Shown: one piece after another, positions 6,805 through 18,463 of the stretch
How positions within the stretch are numbered: position 1 is the first letter of the stretch
Layout of the letters: each line of letters opens with the position of its first letter
NCBI RefSeq assembly: GCF_004010195.1
Contig: NC_057756.1
Coordinates: forward strand, 322,764-342,763
DNA: 20,000 nt
Direction: 5' to 3'
Source of the DNA: Chiloscyllium plagiosum
Lineage: Eukaryota
The notes under the pieces: model-generated
Told to the model about the DNA's origin: nothing
Database searches by the model: none
The model's input: only the letters and a program-made list of their open reading frames with translations
Translations under genes and position numbers: made by a program

Positions 6805-9800
6805 ATGAATGTCTTGAGGGATAGTGTAGGAGGAAGGGGTTCAGATTTGTTGGACATTGGGACCGGTTCTGGGGAAGGTGGGTCTATTACAAACTGGACG
6901 GTCTACATCCAAACCAGACCGGAACCAATATCCTTGGGGAAGATTTTGCTACTGCTGCTGGGGAAATTTTAAACTAATATGGCAGGGGACTGGGAACCAG
7001 AAGAGAAAACAAATAGGCAGCAAGGTGGAGACTGGAGACTGTAAGAATTATGAAGATAGCATTAATAAAGGGAAGAGTAGGCAGATAGCAGATGAGTGCA
7101 AAACAACTGGTGGCCTGAAATGCATCTACTTTTAATGAAAGGAAGATAGTGTGTAAGGCAGATGAACTTAGTGCTTGGATTGGTGCCTGGGAGTATGACA
7201 ATGTTGCGATCACAGAGACTTGGTTGAAGGACGGGCATGATGATTGGCAACTAAATATTCCAAGATATTTACGCTTTAGGCAGGACAGGGAGGGAAGTAA
7301 AAGGGGGGGGTGGAGTTGCATTGCTAGTCAGGGATGATATCACGGCTGTGCTAAAGGGGGACACTATGGAGGTCTTGGGTAGTGAAGGCATTATGGGTGT
7401 AGCTGACAAATAAGAAGGGTGCAGTTACATTGTTGGGGCTGTATTACAGGCCTCCCAACAGTGAGTGTGAGGTAGAAGAACAAAAGGTAAACAGATTATG
7501 GAAAGATGTAGAGGCAATAGGGTAGTAGTGATAGGAGATTTTAATTTTCCCAACATTGACTGGGATACACTTCGCGTCAGAGGTCTGGGTGGGGTGGAAT
7601 TTGTAAGAAGCGTCCAGGAGAGTTTTCTCGAGCAATATGTCAATAGTCCGACGAGGGAAGGGGCCATATTGGAACTGGTACTGGGGAACGAGCCAGGACA
7701 GGTGGTAGAAGTTGTGGTAGGGGATTTCTTTGGGAACAGTGACCACAATTCTGTAAGTTTCAGAATATTTGTAGATAAAGATGACACTGGTCCGAAGGGA
7801 AGAGTTCTAAACTGGGCCAAGGCCAATTATATCAAAATTAGGCAGGAGCTCAGAAATGTGGATTGGTCACAACTATTTGAAGGAAAGTCCACATTTGGTA
7901 TTTGGGAGGCTTTCAAAGATAGTGCAGGATAGGCATGTCCCGTTGAAGGCAAAGGATAGGAAGGGCAAGATTTGTGAACCATGGATGACAGGAGAAATCG
8001 TAGGACTAGCCAAGGGGAAAAGGGAAGTGTACATAGGTCCAGGCAGCTAAGAACAGAATGGGCCCTGGAGGAATATCAGCAGAGAAGGACCAGTCTTAAG
8101 CGAGGAATCAAGCGGGCTAAAAGGGTTCATGAAATGGCTTTAGCGAGCAGAATTAAGGAGAATCCCAAAGCATTTTATTCTTATATAAGAAGCAAGCAGG
8201 TAACTAGAGAAAGGATTGGTTCACTAAAGAATAATGAACCTGAGAGAATGGGTGAGATTCTGAATGATTACTTTGCAGCAGTGTTCACTGAAGAGAAGAA
8301 CATGATGAATCTTGAGATTAGAGATAGAAGTTTGAAGTTGGATCACGTTGACATAAGTAGGGAAGATGTGTTGGGTAGGCTGGAGGTTATTAAGGTGAAC
8401 AAATCCCCAGGACCGGATGGGATCTATCCCAGGTTGCTGAGGGAGGCGAGAGAGGAAATAGCTGAGGCCTTGACAGATATCTTTGTGGCCTCCTTAAACA
8501 CAGGTGAGGTACCAGAGGACTGAAATCTTGCTCATGTTGTCCCCCTGCACAAGAAGGGTAGTAGGGATATTTTAGGTAACTACAGACCAGTGAACCTGAC
8601 GTCAGTGGTGAGGAAGTTGCTGGAGAGCGTACTGAGGGATAGGATCTATTTAAATTGAGAAAAGAATGGGTTTAGCAGTGATAGGCAACATGGTTTTGTG
8701 TGGGATAGATCGTGCCTTACCAACTTAATAAAGTTCTTCGAGGAAGTGACCAAGTTGATAGATGAAGGAAGGGCTGTTGATGTCATATACATGGACTTCA
8801 GTAAGGCGTTTGATAAGGTTCCCCATTGTAGACTAATGAAGAAAGTGAAATCACATGGTGTGCAGGGTGTTCTAGCTAGGTGGATAAAGAACTGGTTGAG
8901 CAACAGGAGACAAAGAGTAGTAGCTGAAGGGAGTTTCTCAAAATGGAGAAAGGTGACCAGTGGTGCTCCACAGGGATCAGTGCTGGGGCTGCTGTTGTTT
9001 GTGATATACATAAATGATCTGGAAGAGGGCACTATTGACATGATCAGCAAGTCTGCAGGTGACACGAAGATTTGTGGAGTAGCAGAAAGCAAAAGGGACT
9101 GTCAAAGAATACAGGAGGATATAGATAGATTGGAGAGTTGGACAGAAAAGTGGCAGATGGATTTTAATCCAGACAAATGTGAGGTGGTGCATTTAGGCAA
9201 GACTAATTCGAGAGCGAAACATTCAATGAACGGAAGAGCCTTGGGAAAAGATGATGGGCAGAGAGATCTGGGAGTGCAGGTCCATTGTACCCTGAAGGTT
9301 GCTGCACAGGTTGGTTGAGTTGTCAAGAAGGGATATAGTATGCTTGCCTTTATTGGCCGGTGTATTGAGTATAAGAGATGGCAAGTCATATTAAAATTGT
9401 ACAAGACATTGGTTCGGCTGCATTTAGAATACTGTGTACAACTCTGGTCACTACATTACCAAAAGGATGTGGACGCTTTGGAGAGTGTGCAGAGAAGATT
9501 TACGAGGATGTTGCCTGGTATGGAAGGTGCGAGCTATGAAGAGAGGTTGAGTAGGTTAGGTTTGTTTTCATTAGAAAAAAGGAGATTGACGGGGGACCTG
9601 ATTGAGGTTTACAAAATCATGAAGGATATAGACAGGATGGATAGAGACAAGCTTTTTCCCCAGGGTGAAGGGTTCAATAACAAGAGGTCACACTTTAAAC
9701 GCGAGTGGTGAAAAGTTTAAGGGGGATGCACAGAGGGTGGTAGGCGTCTGGAACCCGTTGCCAGCAGAGGTCGTAGAGGCAGGCACGGTAGATTCATTTA

Positions 9801-9956
9801 AGATGTGTCTGGACAGATACATGAGTAGGTGGGGAACAGAGGGATACAGATGCTGAGGAATTGGGCGACAGGTTTAGACAGTAGATTTGGATCGGCATGG
9901 GCCTGGAGGGCCGAAGGGCCTGTTCCTGGGCTGTAAATTTTCTTTATTCTTTCTTT
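6805..9956 (+). mobile_element. 5'-truncated CR1 LINE: end of esterase-type ORF1, near-complete but disrupted ORF2 (APE endonuclease + RT), 3' UTR
   Basis: ORF1 end GFRFVGHWDRFWGRW..YKLDGLHPNQTGTNIL..LN* (stop 6975-6977). ORF2 motifs AITETWL, IGDFNFP, SDH, KSPGPDG, YMDFSKAFDKVPH, PQGSVLG, SAGD (decayed FADD), LEYCVQLW. 3' motif gggccgaagggcctgtt. Confidence 0.96.
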
Positions 9957-10106
9957 ATCCTGACTCTTTCCCCTGCCCACTCCAGATGGGAGTCTGGTAA
10001 ACCTTCTCTAAACTGGCTCCAATGCATTTTCTGCTTTCCTTTAACTGAAGTGTCCAATCCTGTAACCAGTGCTCCAAATCCTTTATGCGAAAGGCCATCT
10101 TGCTGC
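9956..10106 (-). repeat. ~150-bp segment with an inverted homolog at 17086-17236 (contains a decayed CR1-like core)
   Basis: Colinear match by eye. Compare the ORF translations TLSPAHSRWESGKPSLNWLQCIFCFPLTEVSNPV and TLSPAHCRYESGEPSLNCLQCIFSFSLTELSNPV. Confidence 0.85.
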
Positions 10107-10109
10107 TGT

Positions 10110-10330
10110 GGAGAAGCTTGCTTGTTCCTTAGGTATAAGGCAGTCATCCACCCGACTTTCCGATATGGTCCAAAACTTGCACTGTGTATAGACACCACTT
10201 TAAGACCCTTGAGAAATACCATCAACGTTGCTTGAGATGAATAGGTATATTAATACGAGCATCCTTGAAGCAGCTAACAGCAGCAGCATCGATACCATGA
10301 TCACCCAAAACCTACTCCCCATACCACTGA
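10110..10330 (+). mobile_element. RTE-clade LINE C-terminal fragment
   Basis: YKAVIHPTFRYG../TVYRHHFKTLEKYHQRCLR...NTSILEAANSSSIDTMITQN resembles the RTE post-RT region. Confidence 0.7.
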
Positions 10331-10469
10331 CCCCGCAGGCCTTTTCTGTTGCTACTTGGAAGGATTGACAGATGAATTGTCGATGAGGAAGTGAAACAGC
10401 CTTGTCACGTCTCCTGACATATTCCTAGGAATCAAGTCTTTGTTTAATGATCTAATGTTTGATTTCTTC

Positions 10470-10715
10470 ATACACATCTGTTCAATTTTGTAGAAACAAA
10501 CTCATGTCCATTTGTACAATAGTCGTGATAAATTATAAATATGGTGTGTTCATTTGTTTAAATCTCAAACTCATTAAGAGTTGTCAGTTTTAGTTTCATT
10601 AAATTTGTGCAAAAAATGTTGTGCACAGTTGTAAAAGAACTTTGTGCTCATTTGTGTAATAAACCTGTGTTCATTCGTGCAAAATTCTTGTGTTCATTTA
10701 TGCAGTTTGTTCATT
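10470..10715. repeat. Degenerate ~22-23 bp minisatellite (core ttgtgttcatttgtg), resuming at 11139-11192
   Basis: Recurring tgtgttcattt/tgtgctcattt/tgtgtctattt units at ~22-23 bp spacing. Confidence 0.6.
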
Positions 10716-10724
10716 GAATGACTT

Positions 10725-10900
10725 AGCCTTCATTGTCACGTGCACTCAAATGATTGCAGTGAAATGTTTATAATATTGCCTCTTGGCACCATCTTAGGAA
10801 CAGGGTACTGAGGTACAGAATACTTACGTATGTGTTACAGAATTGAGCAAATCATAAACAAAGTTCAATGTGAGAATAAAGGATAAAGAAGCTGTCTTTA
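10725..10900. repeat. Unclassified interspersed repeat, second copy at ~14866-15050
   Basis: Shared ctt(c/t)attgtcac.tg.act...cagtgaaa...ttgcc.c...g.ccatcttagg.aca...aggtacag. This is probably a minus-strand LINE 3' UTR. Confidence 0.5.
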
Positions 10901-11249
10901 AGAAGTACTCACACTTTAGTCTTTTAACCAAGTCCATGCCAGTTTTCAGACTACCAGGCTTTGTGTACAGGAGATGCTGGGCATCAATCCTGGAGGCCTC
11001 ACTTGCAGTTCACCTCCGTGCTAGACTCCACTCCACCCCACTCACCTCTGGGATTCACCTGGACATCTCGCCCTCTATGCGGGCCTGGCCTTAGACTTGC
11101 CTCCGAGACTGACCTTGATCTGCTGCCTCTGTCCTGATTTGTGTTCATTTATACAAAACGCTTGTGTCTATTTGAGAAATAAACTTGTGTTTCTGTGGTT
11201 TTATTACTGAGCTTTCTCTCTCTGTCTTGTGAACACATCCATGCACCTC

Positions 11250-11352
11250 TGCAGACTAGTGTCCCGGCTGGGTTGTTACCCTCAGACCAGGAGAACAGGG
11301 TTCAAATCATCTCCTCCAGGCATGTGTTCTAACATCGCTGAGCAGGTTGATT
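11250..11352 (+). mobile_element. Degenerate tRNA-derived SINE fragment
   Basis: B-box-like GGTTCAAATC at 11299-11308 followed by tgtgttctaacatcgctgagcaggttgatt. Confidence 0.4.
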
Positions 11353-11524
11353 GTGGAAGCTGTCTCATGGGCACCTAGCAGAAACTGGGCAGGCAGTGGT
11401 TACAGAAATGTGTTGTAAGATTGGAGAAGGTCTGGAGTCTTGCATGGGCTGGCTGAGGAATGGAAGGAGACATGTTAATACTATCCACAGCTGAGCTGGT
11501 GCAGGTTGTACCGATAAAGGAAGG

Positions 11525-11660
11525 ATGGACAGGCTTAGGGGAGTCAGGAAGTGAATTACTCACTGTGGTATTCTCAGCCTTTTGACTGCTCTTTTAGCCA
11601 TTGTATTTATATGTTGAATCCAGTCAGGTTTATCGTCAATACTAACCCCCAGGACGTGGA
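11525..11660 (-). mobile_element. L2/CR1-group LINE fragment (same family as 17861-18210)
   Basis: Minus strand reads VLGVSIDDKPDWIQHINTMAKRAVKRLRI...HFLTP, homologous to ~17861-17975. Confidence 0.65.
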
Positions 11661-11896
11661 GAATTCAGTTCCAATGATGCAACAAATAGGTGAACATATT
11701 TTAGGGAAAAAGGTGCAATTTCATTACAGTAGCTGCAGTTTCCAGTCCAAATACATTGCGGTGTACTTTTACAGATATTCTGAATCAAGTAAAACTGTGA
11801 AAAAGCACTCACTACAACAGCTGTTTAACCGCAAAGATGGAGTTTTACTGATGGAGCAAACTCTTTGATGTAATTGTAATTCAGGGCATTGAAGAA

Positions 11897-12084
11897 GGTA
11901 AAGTCCCCAAAGTCCTCAGTAAACAGAGGCAACTGGTGGTGGTTTAACCTGAGGGTCACCTTGCCCAGCCACAGGGAGAGGGTGAGGAAAGTCCTTGTTG
12001 GTGAGTAGGGAAGGTTAAAGCAGGGAGTTGTTGGACTGAACTGGTATTTGCTGATGCTGACACCCTGCCATTGCTCAGCAAAGC
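11897..12084 (-). mobile_element. Degenerate SINE-like repeat
   Basis: The minus strand contains gtgaccctcaggttaaaccaccaccag and ends g.gactttac, motifs I recall from old vertebrate SINEs. Family not certain. Confidence 0.4.
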
Positions 12085-12088
12085 ATGA

Positions 12089-12220
12089 GATTCCTGAAGA
12101 AGGGCTTATGCCTGAAAGGTCGATTCTCCTGCTCCTCGGATGCTGCCTGGCCTGCTGTGTTTTTCCAGCACCACATTTTTCAACTCTGGTCTCCAGCATC
12201 TGCAGTCCTCACTTTCTCCT
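12089..12220 (+). mobile_element. Penelope-like terminal repeat with mutated hammerhead core and 7-bp TSD
   Basis: CTGAAGA-A-GGGC-ttat-GCCT-GAAA-GGTC (12094-12121), with atgagat at 12085-12091 and 12221-12227. Confidence 0.75.
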
Positions 12221-12249
12221 ATGAGATCTATTGGTCAGATTCAGCTGAC

Positions 12250-12641
12250 TTTTTTTATTTCAAAAATGTACTTTATTTGTAAAAGTCTCTTTGCGTTTAT
12301 ACATTGTCACAAATGCAGTTCAATTTTGTACAGTAGCATATCAAGGAAACAAACCAAAGTCATCGGCATCTCTTACACATGCAAGACTGCACTTACATGC
12401 ATTTCAGGTAATAGGAGGCTCAATAACTGAATGGGCCCCCAATTACCTTCAACAGGAAGACCTCAGACAGTGATCTTTCCCCACTGCCCCTTGGTAGGAG
12501 CTGCCCCACTCTTTAGTGCATCCCCCAGCACGAGTCCTGGACCTTGGAATGTGCCAGATTTCAACACTCAGTCAGCATCAACTCCTTGTTCTGGAAGATC
12601 AACAAATGTCAGGCATACCAAAGAATGCCTTTCACCGAGTT
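12250..12641 (-). mobile_element. Tx1/L1-clade LINE 3' end
   Basis: The minus strand encodes NSVK/..LWYA*HLLIFQNKELMLTEC*NLAHSKVQD/VLGDALKSGAAPTKGQWGKITV*, then a 3' UTR, AATAAA (12272-12277) and an A-rich tail. Confidence 0.75.
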
Positions 12642-12879
12642 GTATTTTTGTATGCTCTCAGCTGCTGAATTCATTTAATTCTCACAATGTTCAGTGTTCA
12701 GTTAGAATCTGATAACTGGTACATCAGGGATTATGTGACTTGATTTATTACTGTCACATGTACCTAGGTACAATGAAATAAAATTGTGATTAGTGGAGTG
12801 TGGGGCAGTATTTTTCAGATAAATAAACTCATGCGTACATCATTATGACTTGATGTACCTCCAGGCTCACCATTTTTTG

Positions 12880-13102
12880 AGGGGTTATTGAGAGTACCTT
12901 GAGCTGCTACATCAATGCCTGGTTTGGGAATTCCATCGTCTCAGATTATAAACACCCTGCAATGGATAGTGAGGACAGCTGAGAAGATCATCAGGGTCTC
13001 TCTTTCCTCCTTTATAGACATTTATACCACACGCTGCATCTGTAAGGCCAACAGCATGGTGGATGACCCCACACATCCCTCATTCAAACTCTTCTCCCTC
13101 CA
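12880..13102 (+). mobile_element. Rex1/Babar-like LINE C-terminal fragment
   Basis: IESTLSCYINAWFGNS/..TLQWIVRTAEKIIRVSLSSFIDIYTTRCICKANSMVDDPTHPSFKLFSL. Confidence 0.75.
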
Positions 13103-13600
13103 TTGAACAACCTGAGAGAATCTGAGGCTGTTCACTGATGGTATTTGTTGAGTTCAGCAGAATCCAGCCTCCCAGTGGTGACACTCCATCTCAGCCTCTG
13201 AGTGGGAGCACCTTCCACATTCAAGTATTCCAGGCCGGAAGAGGCCTTACAGCCAATCTTACTGCATAGTAAACTGCCTTCTGTATTTCCAAAGAATGTC
13301 TTTGTGCCAATTACATGATGATGACTCTGTGGTCTTTCTCAGAAACAGAAACATCTAGTTCCTCAGTTTTCAAACCTCAACTTCCCTTTAAAAGAGACCA
13401 GCTCTCAGATTAGAACAGGGAATGTAGATTGCTCTTCTCTTTGTTATGTGGGTGACTACAAAGAACGGTTTCCTTTTCTACTACACGGCTGTACCTGTAT
13501 TGTTGGAGAGAGATGAAGATCAAAGAGGGAGAAGGATTTTAAGGAGCTGAAAAACTGGCATCAAGAAGATAGACCAAACAACCAGCTAATTCGCACAAAG

Positions 13601-14640
13601 TCATAGCACAGAAACAGACCCTTCGGTGCAACCAGTCCATGCTAAACATAATCGTAAACTAAACTGGCCCCACTTGCCTGCTCATGGCCCATGTCCCTCC
13701 AAACCTTTCCTAATCACGGATCTATCCAAATGTCTTTCAAACGTTGTAACCACATCCACCACCTCCTCAGGAAGTTCATTCCACATGCGAACTCTGTGTA
13801 AAACAAAATTGCTACATCTTTTTAAAATCTCTCTCCTCTCACCTTAAAAATGTGCCCCCCCCCCCCCAGTCTTGAAACTCACAATCCTTGGGAAAAGACA
13901 ATTAACTCTATCTGTAACTCTCATTATTTTATAGACTTCTGTGAGATTGCCTCTCAACCTCCTACGCTCCAGTGGATTAAGTCCCAGCCAACTAGTCTTT
14001 CTTTCTAACTCAAACATACCCAGCAACGTTCTGGTAAATCTCTTCTAAACCCTTTCCAGCTTGATAAGACCATAAGACATAGAAGCAGAAATTCGGCCAT
14101 TCAGCCCTATTGAGTCTGCTCCACCATTCAATCATGGCTAACAACTTTCTCAACCCCGTTGTCCCACTTTCTCCCCATAACCCTTGGTACTCAAAAACGT
14201 ATCTTTCTCAGTCTTAAATAGCGTTCCTTAAAACTGGGTGACCTGAACTGGACACAGTATTCCAAAAGAGGCCTCACCAATGTCCTGTACAACCTCAACA
14301 TGACATCCCAACTCCTATACTCAAAGGACTGAGCAATGAAGGCAAGCATGCTGAATGTCTTCAGGGCTTTTGCCCAAAACATCAATTTTCCTGCTCCTAG
14401 GATGCTGCCTGACCTGCTGCACTTTTCCAGCTACCACTCTAATAGAGACTCTGATTTCCAGCACCTGCAGTCCTCACTTTTGCCTTTTTAATCAATCACC
14501 CTGTCTACGTGTGAGGCAAACTCTGAGGAATTATGTACCTGCACCCCGGGTTCCTTTATTAGAAAACACTCCCCAAGACGCTACCATCAATTGTATAAGC
14601 CCTGTCCTTGTTTATCGTACTAAAATGCAATACTTCATAT
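13601..14640 (-). mobile_element. CR1 3' region interrupted by a second CR1 3' tail (~14065-14221) and a Penelope-like repeat
   Basis: MLAFIAQSFEYRSWDVMLRLYRTLVRPLLEYCVQF and LERRRLRGNLTEVYKIMR; 3' motif near 13601-13630; nested tail ataagaccataagacatag. Confidence 0.85.
14363..14485 (+). mobile_element. Older, 5'-truncated Penelope-like terminal repeat nested in CR1
   Basis: agggcttttgcccaaaacatc...ggatgctgcctgacctgctg...ctgcagtcctcacttt is homologous to 3397-3512. The hammerhead core is decayed and truncated. Confidence 0.75.
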
Positions 14641-16329
14641 TTCAACAGGATACTGAAAGACTTAAACAAAATCAACTGCGTCATACATCTGGATGGTGGA
14701 ATAACCTCGACCAGATCTAAAAGAGGATTAATAGTACTGAAACACCTGAATTCAGGAGGTTATAGGGACCGTGCCCAGATCTAGGAGTGTGAGAGAATGG
14801 GATTCTGTCACTAAAGAGGGCAGTTGGATAGACAAGCAATGCAGAATTAAACTGGATGGGATTCACTTTATTGTCACATGTACTTGCAGTACAGTGAAAA
14901 ATTTACAAATTGCCACTTACTGCGCCATCTTAGGTACAAAGCAGCCTAGGTACAGCTTCTTCAGTACAAATTCTTTGGGGTGGGTGGGGGGGTGGGATGG
15001 GGGAGGGGGAAATTGCAAATTAAAGGAATATTAAGTCCAGCATTACAGACCTCAAAGTACAAAATCTGTATAATAAAAAAACCTCAAGGTAAAGTGATGA
15101 AACAAACTAATCACTTTCATGTGAAGATCAAAATGAAGCTGGATGTTGCAGTATGCTACTATCACAAATTTCTGTCTCTTTCCATTCTGGTAGAATTTAC
15201 ATATTTTCCCCTAATAATGACTTATACCCACCCTCTGTGTGGGAATATGTCACGTTATTGATGCCACATTGTAAAAGAGCTGGTGTAACGTGTGATATCG
15301 AAATATTCATATGTATTTTAATGTGAACAGGAATGTGGCGCTACCCTTCTTACCATGCAGAGACATGCCTGAGTATCCAGCAAGGTTAGATCTAGCGCTG
15401 AACTGTTCAGAATGGTCATGGAAATCCTCCAGAATAAGGCAGGGCATGCCAGAAAAGTGTACAGTCTTCGCGAGAAGATGCATGGACGTGATCATAAGGT
15501 GAGGGGGTGGGATACATTCGATAAATCATCTCACGTCACCATTAGCTGGATATAACAGAATTTAATGCATTCATATAGTCCATGCTCACAATGTCAGGAC
15601 GCTCCTAATCACTTCAACAGCTTGTCAAACCTTTTAATTCTGTACCCAAGAGGAATTTGAGCCATTTCTGAGCCAGCTTGGGACAGGGTTATCAATTTCC
15701 TGTAATACCTCCTTACCTGAGAGTGTCTATTGGCTGTTAATATCTGGGATACAGACACAGAAATTCAGTTCAGTCAATCACCAGTGATAACAAAATGAAA
15801 TGATCAAGATCTGCTTTAAACAAAAAGAGACAATTTAATCTTAATACTGTGCTTTCAAAGCAGGACCAGGAGTTTAAATGACAAAGTGTGCATTTGTCAG
15901 GCAAATGCAACATGCCTACGTATATTCAGTTATTTTTGAGAGGAGGACGACAGGGGAAAGTACATTCACCCTTCATTCATTTCCATGGCCTGGCCATCTC
16001 CATAATGATCCAGTTCCACCCACTGAACTTAATAGTTTATTGACTACCAAGTGAATAAAGGATCAGGAACAATAAAAGAGATGTTCTATTAACAGAATGG
16101 ATAAGCATTTGTTCTGATTGACTCATCACTCTGAGGAGTGGCAGAGATAAGGGCGTAACTGTGGGAATTCTATTTTTCTTCATAGATTGAACATCCATCC
16201 TTCTGTTGTCAATTGGAATGCATCCTTCAACAAACTCAAACTGCTCATTCCGGAAAACTAGAGCATCTGATTCACCCAGATTCCCACTACTTATCCATCT
16301 CCCAGGTTTGAGCTGGCCTGGACTCAATA

Positions 16330-17040
16330 AAGAGTGTCCAGTGAAAAGTACAGAAGCAGTGGGAGAACTGGACAAACTCTCGACTCCAGGAATACAACTT
16401 GTCCTTGCTAGTGATATAGCCGGGTCACAGGTAGGAGTGCTGTCTACTGTGTTCAAAAAGCCAGTGGAATGTCAGATAACTGGAAACATACCCTGGGATT
16501 TTTCCTTACTGTGTGGTAACAAGGTCACAAAGTCACCAGTTGAAACAGGAGGAGAAATCAAAGACTACTGGTAAGAAAGTTGAAGCAGAACTATCAGAAA
16601 CAGTGATTGATCGAATGGTTGAGGCAAAACAGGAACAGGTGAACGACGTTGATATTTTTTAGCTCAGAGAAATTAACTGAGTTACAACAGAAAGATGAAA
16701 AACTGAAGCAATTGTATTAAAAAAATACACAGTAGATGAATCTGAGCTTATCCCAGTGTGTTCCTATCTTAAAAATCACATCTTACTGAAGAAATAGAGA
16801 CCATCACACATTCAGGCAGATAAGTAATGGGCAGACATTCATCAAGTCGTATTTCCAGTGGATTATAGAAAGGATGTGATGCAGATAGTGCTTTCCAGCA
16901 CCATATTCTTGACTCTCATCTCCAGCATCTGCAGACCTCACTTTCTCAGAGGAGGTGATGCAGATAACACATGAACTCTCAGTAGGAGATCAGTTTGGGG
17001 TAAAAAAACTAAAGGGAAAAATGCAAAAACATTATTTTCC
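16330..17040 (+). mobile_element. Gmr1-like Gypsy LTR retrotransposon fragment (protease C-terminus, linker, integrase N-terminus)
   Basis: ECPVKSTEAVGELDKLSTPGIQLVLASDIAGSQV, then GIFPYCVVTRSQ, then ELQQKDEKLKQLY, then YLKNHILLKK*RP...HQVVFPVDYRKDVMQI/THELSVGDQFGVKKT (decayed first half of HHCC). Confidence 0.7.
16888..16949 (+). mobile_element. Very short Penelope-like 3' fragment with 17-bp TSD
   Basis: Homologous to the 3' end of 3385-3516. Flanked by aggatgtgatgcagata (16871-16887) and aggaggtgatgcagata (16950-16966). Confidence 0.8.
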
Positions 17041-17321
17041 TGTTCTGAACTGTGCAAGGATGTAGTTGAATTTTGCTAGACATTGCCAGCAAGATGGCCT
17101 TTCACAGAAAGGTTCCAGAGAACTGGGTACAGGATTGGACAGTTCAGTTAAAGAAAAGCTGAAAATACATTGGAGGCAGTTCAAAGAAGGTTCACCAGAC
17201 TCATATCTGCAGTGAGCAGGGGAAAGAGTTGGGATAGCGAGAAATACTTTACATGGCATGTTGTACTGATCAGGAATGCACTGACTAAAAGAAAAAAAAA
17301 TCAGACTTCACTTTCAAAATA

Positions 17322-17858
17322 CCATGCAGTTTAGGTCACCACGCGATTGGGAGGATGTGATTGTACTGGAGAGGGTGTGGAAAAGGTTCACTAGGATGTT
17401 GCCTGGGGGTGAAAAGCCTCAGTTATGTGGAGAGACTTGACAGGGTGGGTTTGTTTTCTGTGGAGCACAGGAGAATGAAGGGGGATCTGATTGAAGTATA
17501 CAACATTATGAGAGGCAGAGACAGAGTAGATTGTGAGAATCTTTTCCCCATGGCAGACATGTCAGACACCAGAGGGCATAGGTATACAGTGATGAGTAAG
17601 TGTTCTAGAGGAGTTCTGAGACAAGATTGTTCGCCCAGAGGATGGTAGAAATATGGAACATGCTGCCTGAAAGAATGGTAGAGGCAGGTACTCTCACACC
17701 ATTTTGGAAGCATCTGGACAAGTACTAGCCAAGGCATTGTAGGTTATGGACCAAGCACAGGTAAATGGGAATTCTGTACTTTGGCGTTTGTTAGTTAGCA
17801 CAGACATGGTGGGCTGAGGGGCCTATTCCTATGCTGTAGGACTGTGTCATTCCATGAC
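17322..17858 (+). mobile_element. CR1 LINE 3' end
   Basis: LSYVERLDRVGLFSVEHRRMKGDLIEVYNIMRGRDRVD..LFP...TRGH, and 3' motif gggctgaggggcctattcctatgctgta. Confidence 0.88.
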
Positions 17859-17860
17859 AC

Positions 17861-18210
17861 TAACATCCTGTTGGTTACCAATCAGAACCTGAACAGGACT
17901 GGCCAAATAAATGCTGTGGCTACAAGAGCAGATCAGAGGCTGGGAATCACCGCCTGACTCCCCAGATGCTGTCCACCATCTGCAAGGCACACGTCAGGAT
18001 TTTAATGGAATACTCCCAACTTACCTGGATGGGTACAGCTCTAACAATGCTCAAGAGGCTTGACATCTTCTTGATTGGTATCACATCCACAAACATTCAC
18101 TCTCTCTAGCACCAATGCTCAGTTGCAGCACTGCAGTAACTCACCAAGGCTCGTCAGATAGCACCTTCCAAACCTATGACCACTACCATCTAAAAGGACC
18201 AGAGCAGTAT
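17861..18210 (+). mobile_element. L2/CR1-group LINE C-terminal fragment
   Basis: INAVATRADQRLGI...LTPQMLSTICKAHVRILMEYSQLTWMGTALTMLKRLDI. Confidence 0.7.
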
Positions 18211-18463
18211 GTTGGAAGGAATTAGATGAATCAGAGTGGAACATAACGAGGCAGCCTTTATTCAAACTTGTGGGAGAAGCCTCAGAGTCAAACTCCAAGA
18301 CACTCTGCCCTCACTTACAGGTCAAAACAAGGTACATGCACATATCTGCATCACAATGGTTACATGTAGCATTGGTATAAAATAAACTCCATGTCAGGTC
18401 TTTACTGGAGAAACAGAATACATCTTACTTACTTGCATGGTGCTGAGTCCTCTAATTCCAATG

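Noticed and set aside
7425..9404. Several long minus-strand ORFs
   Set aside because: They are antisense shadows of CR1 ORF2.
16037..16456. 139-aa minus-strand ORF as a host gene
   Set aside because: It has no recognisable domain, and part of it is the antisense of the plus-strand Gypsy protease fragment.
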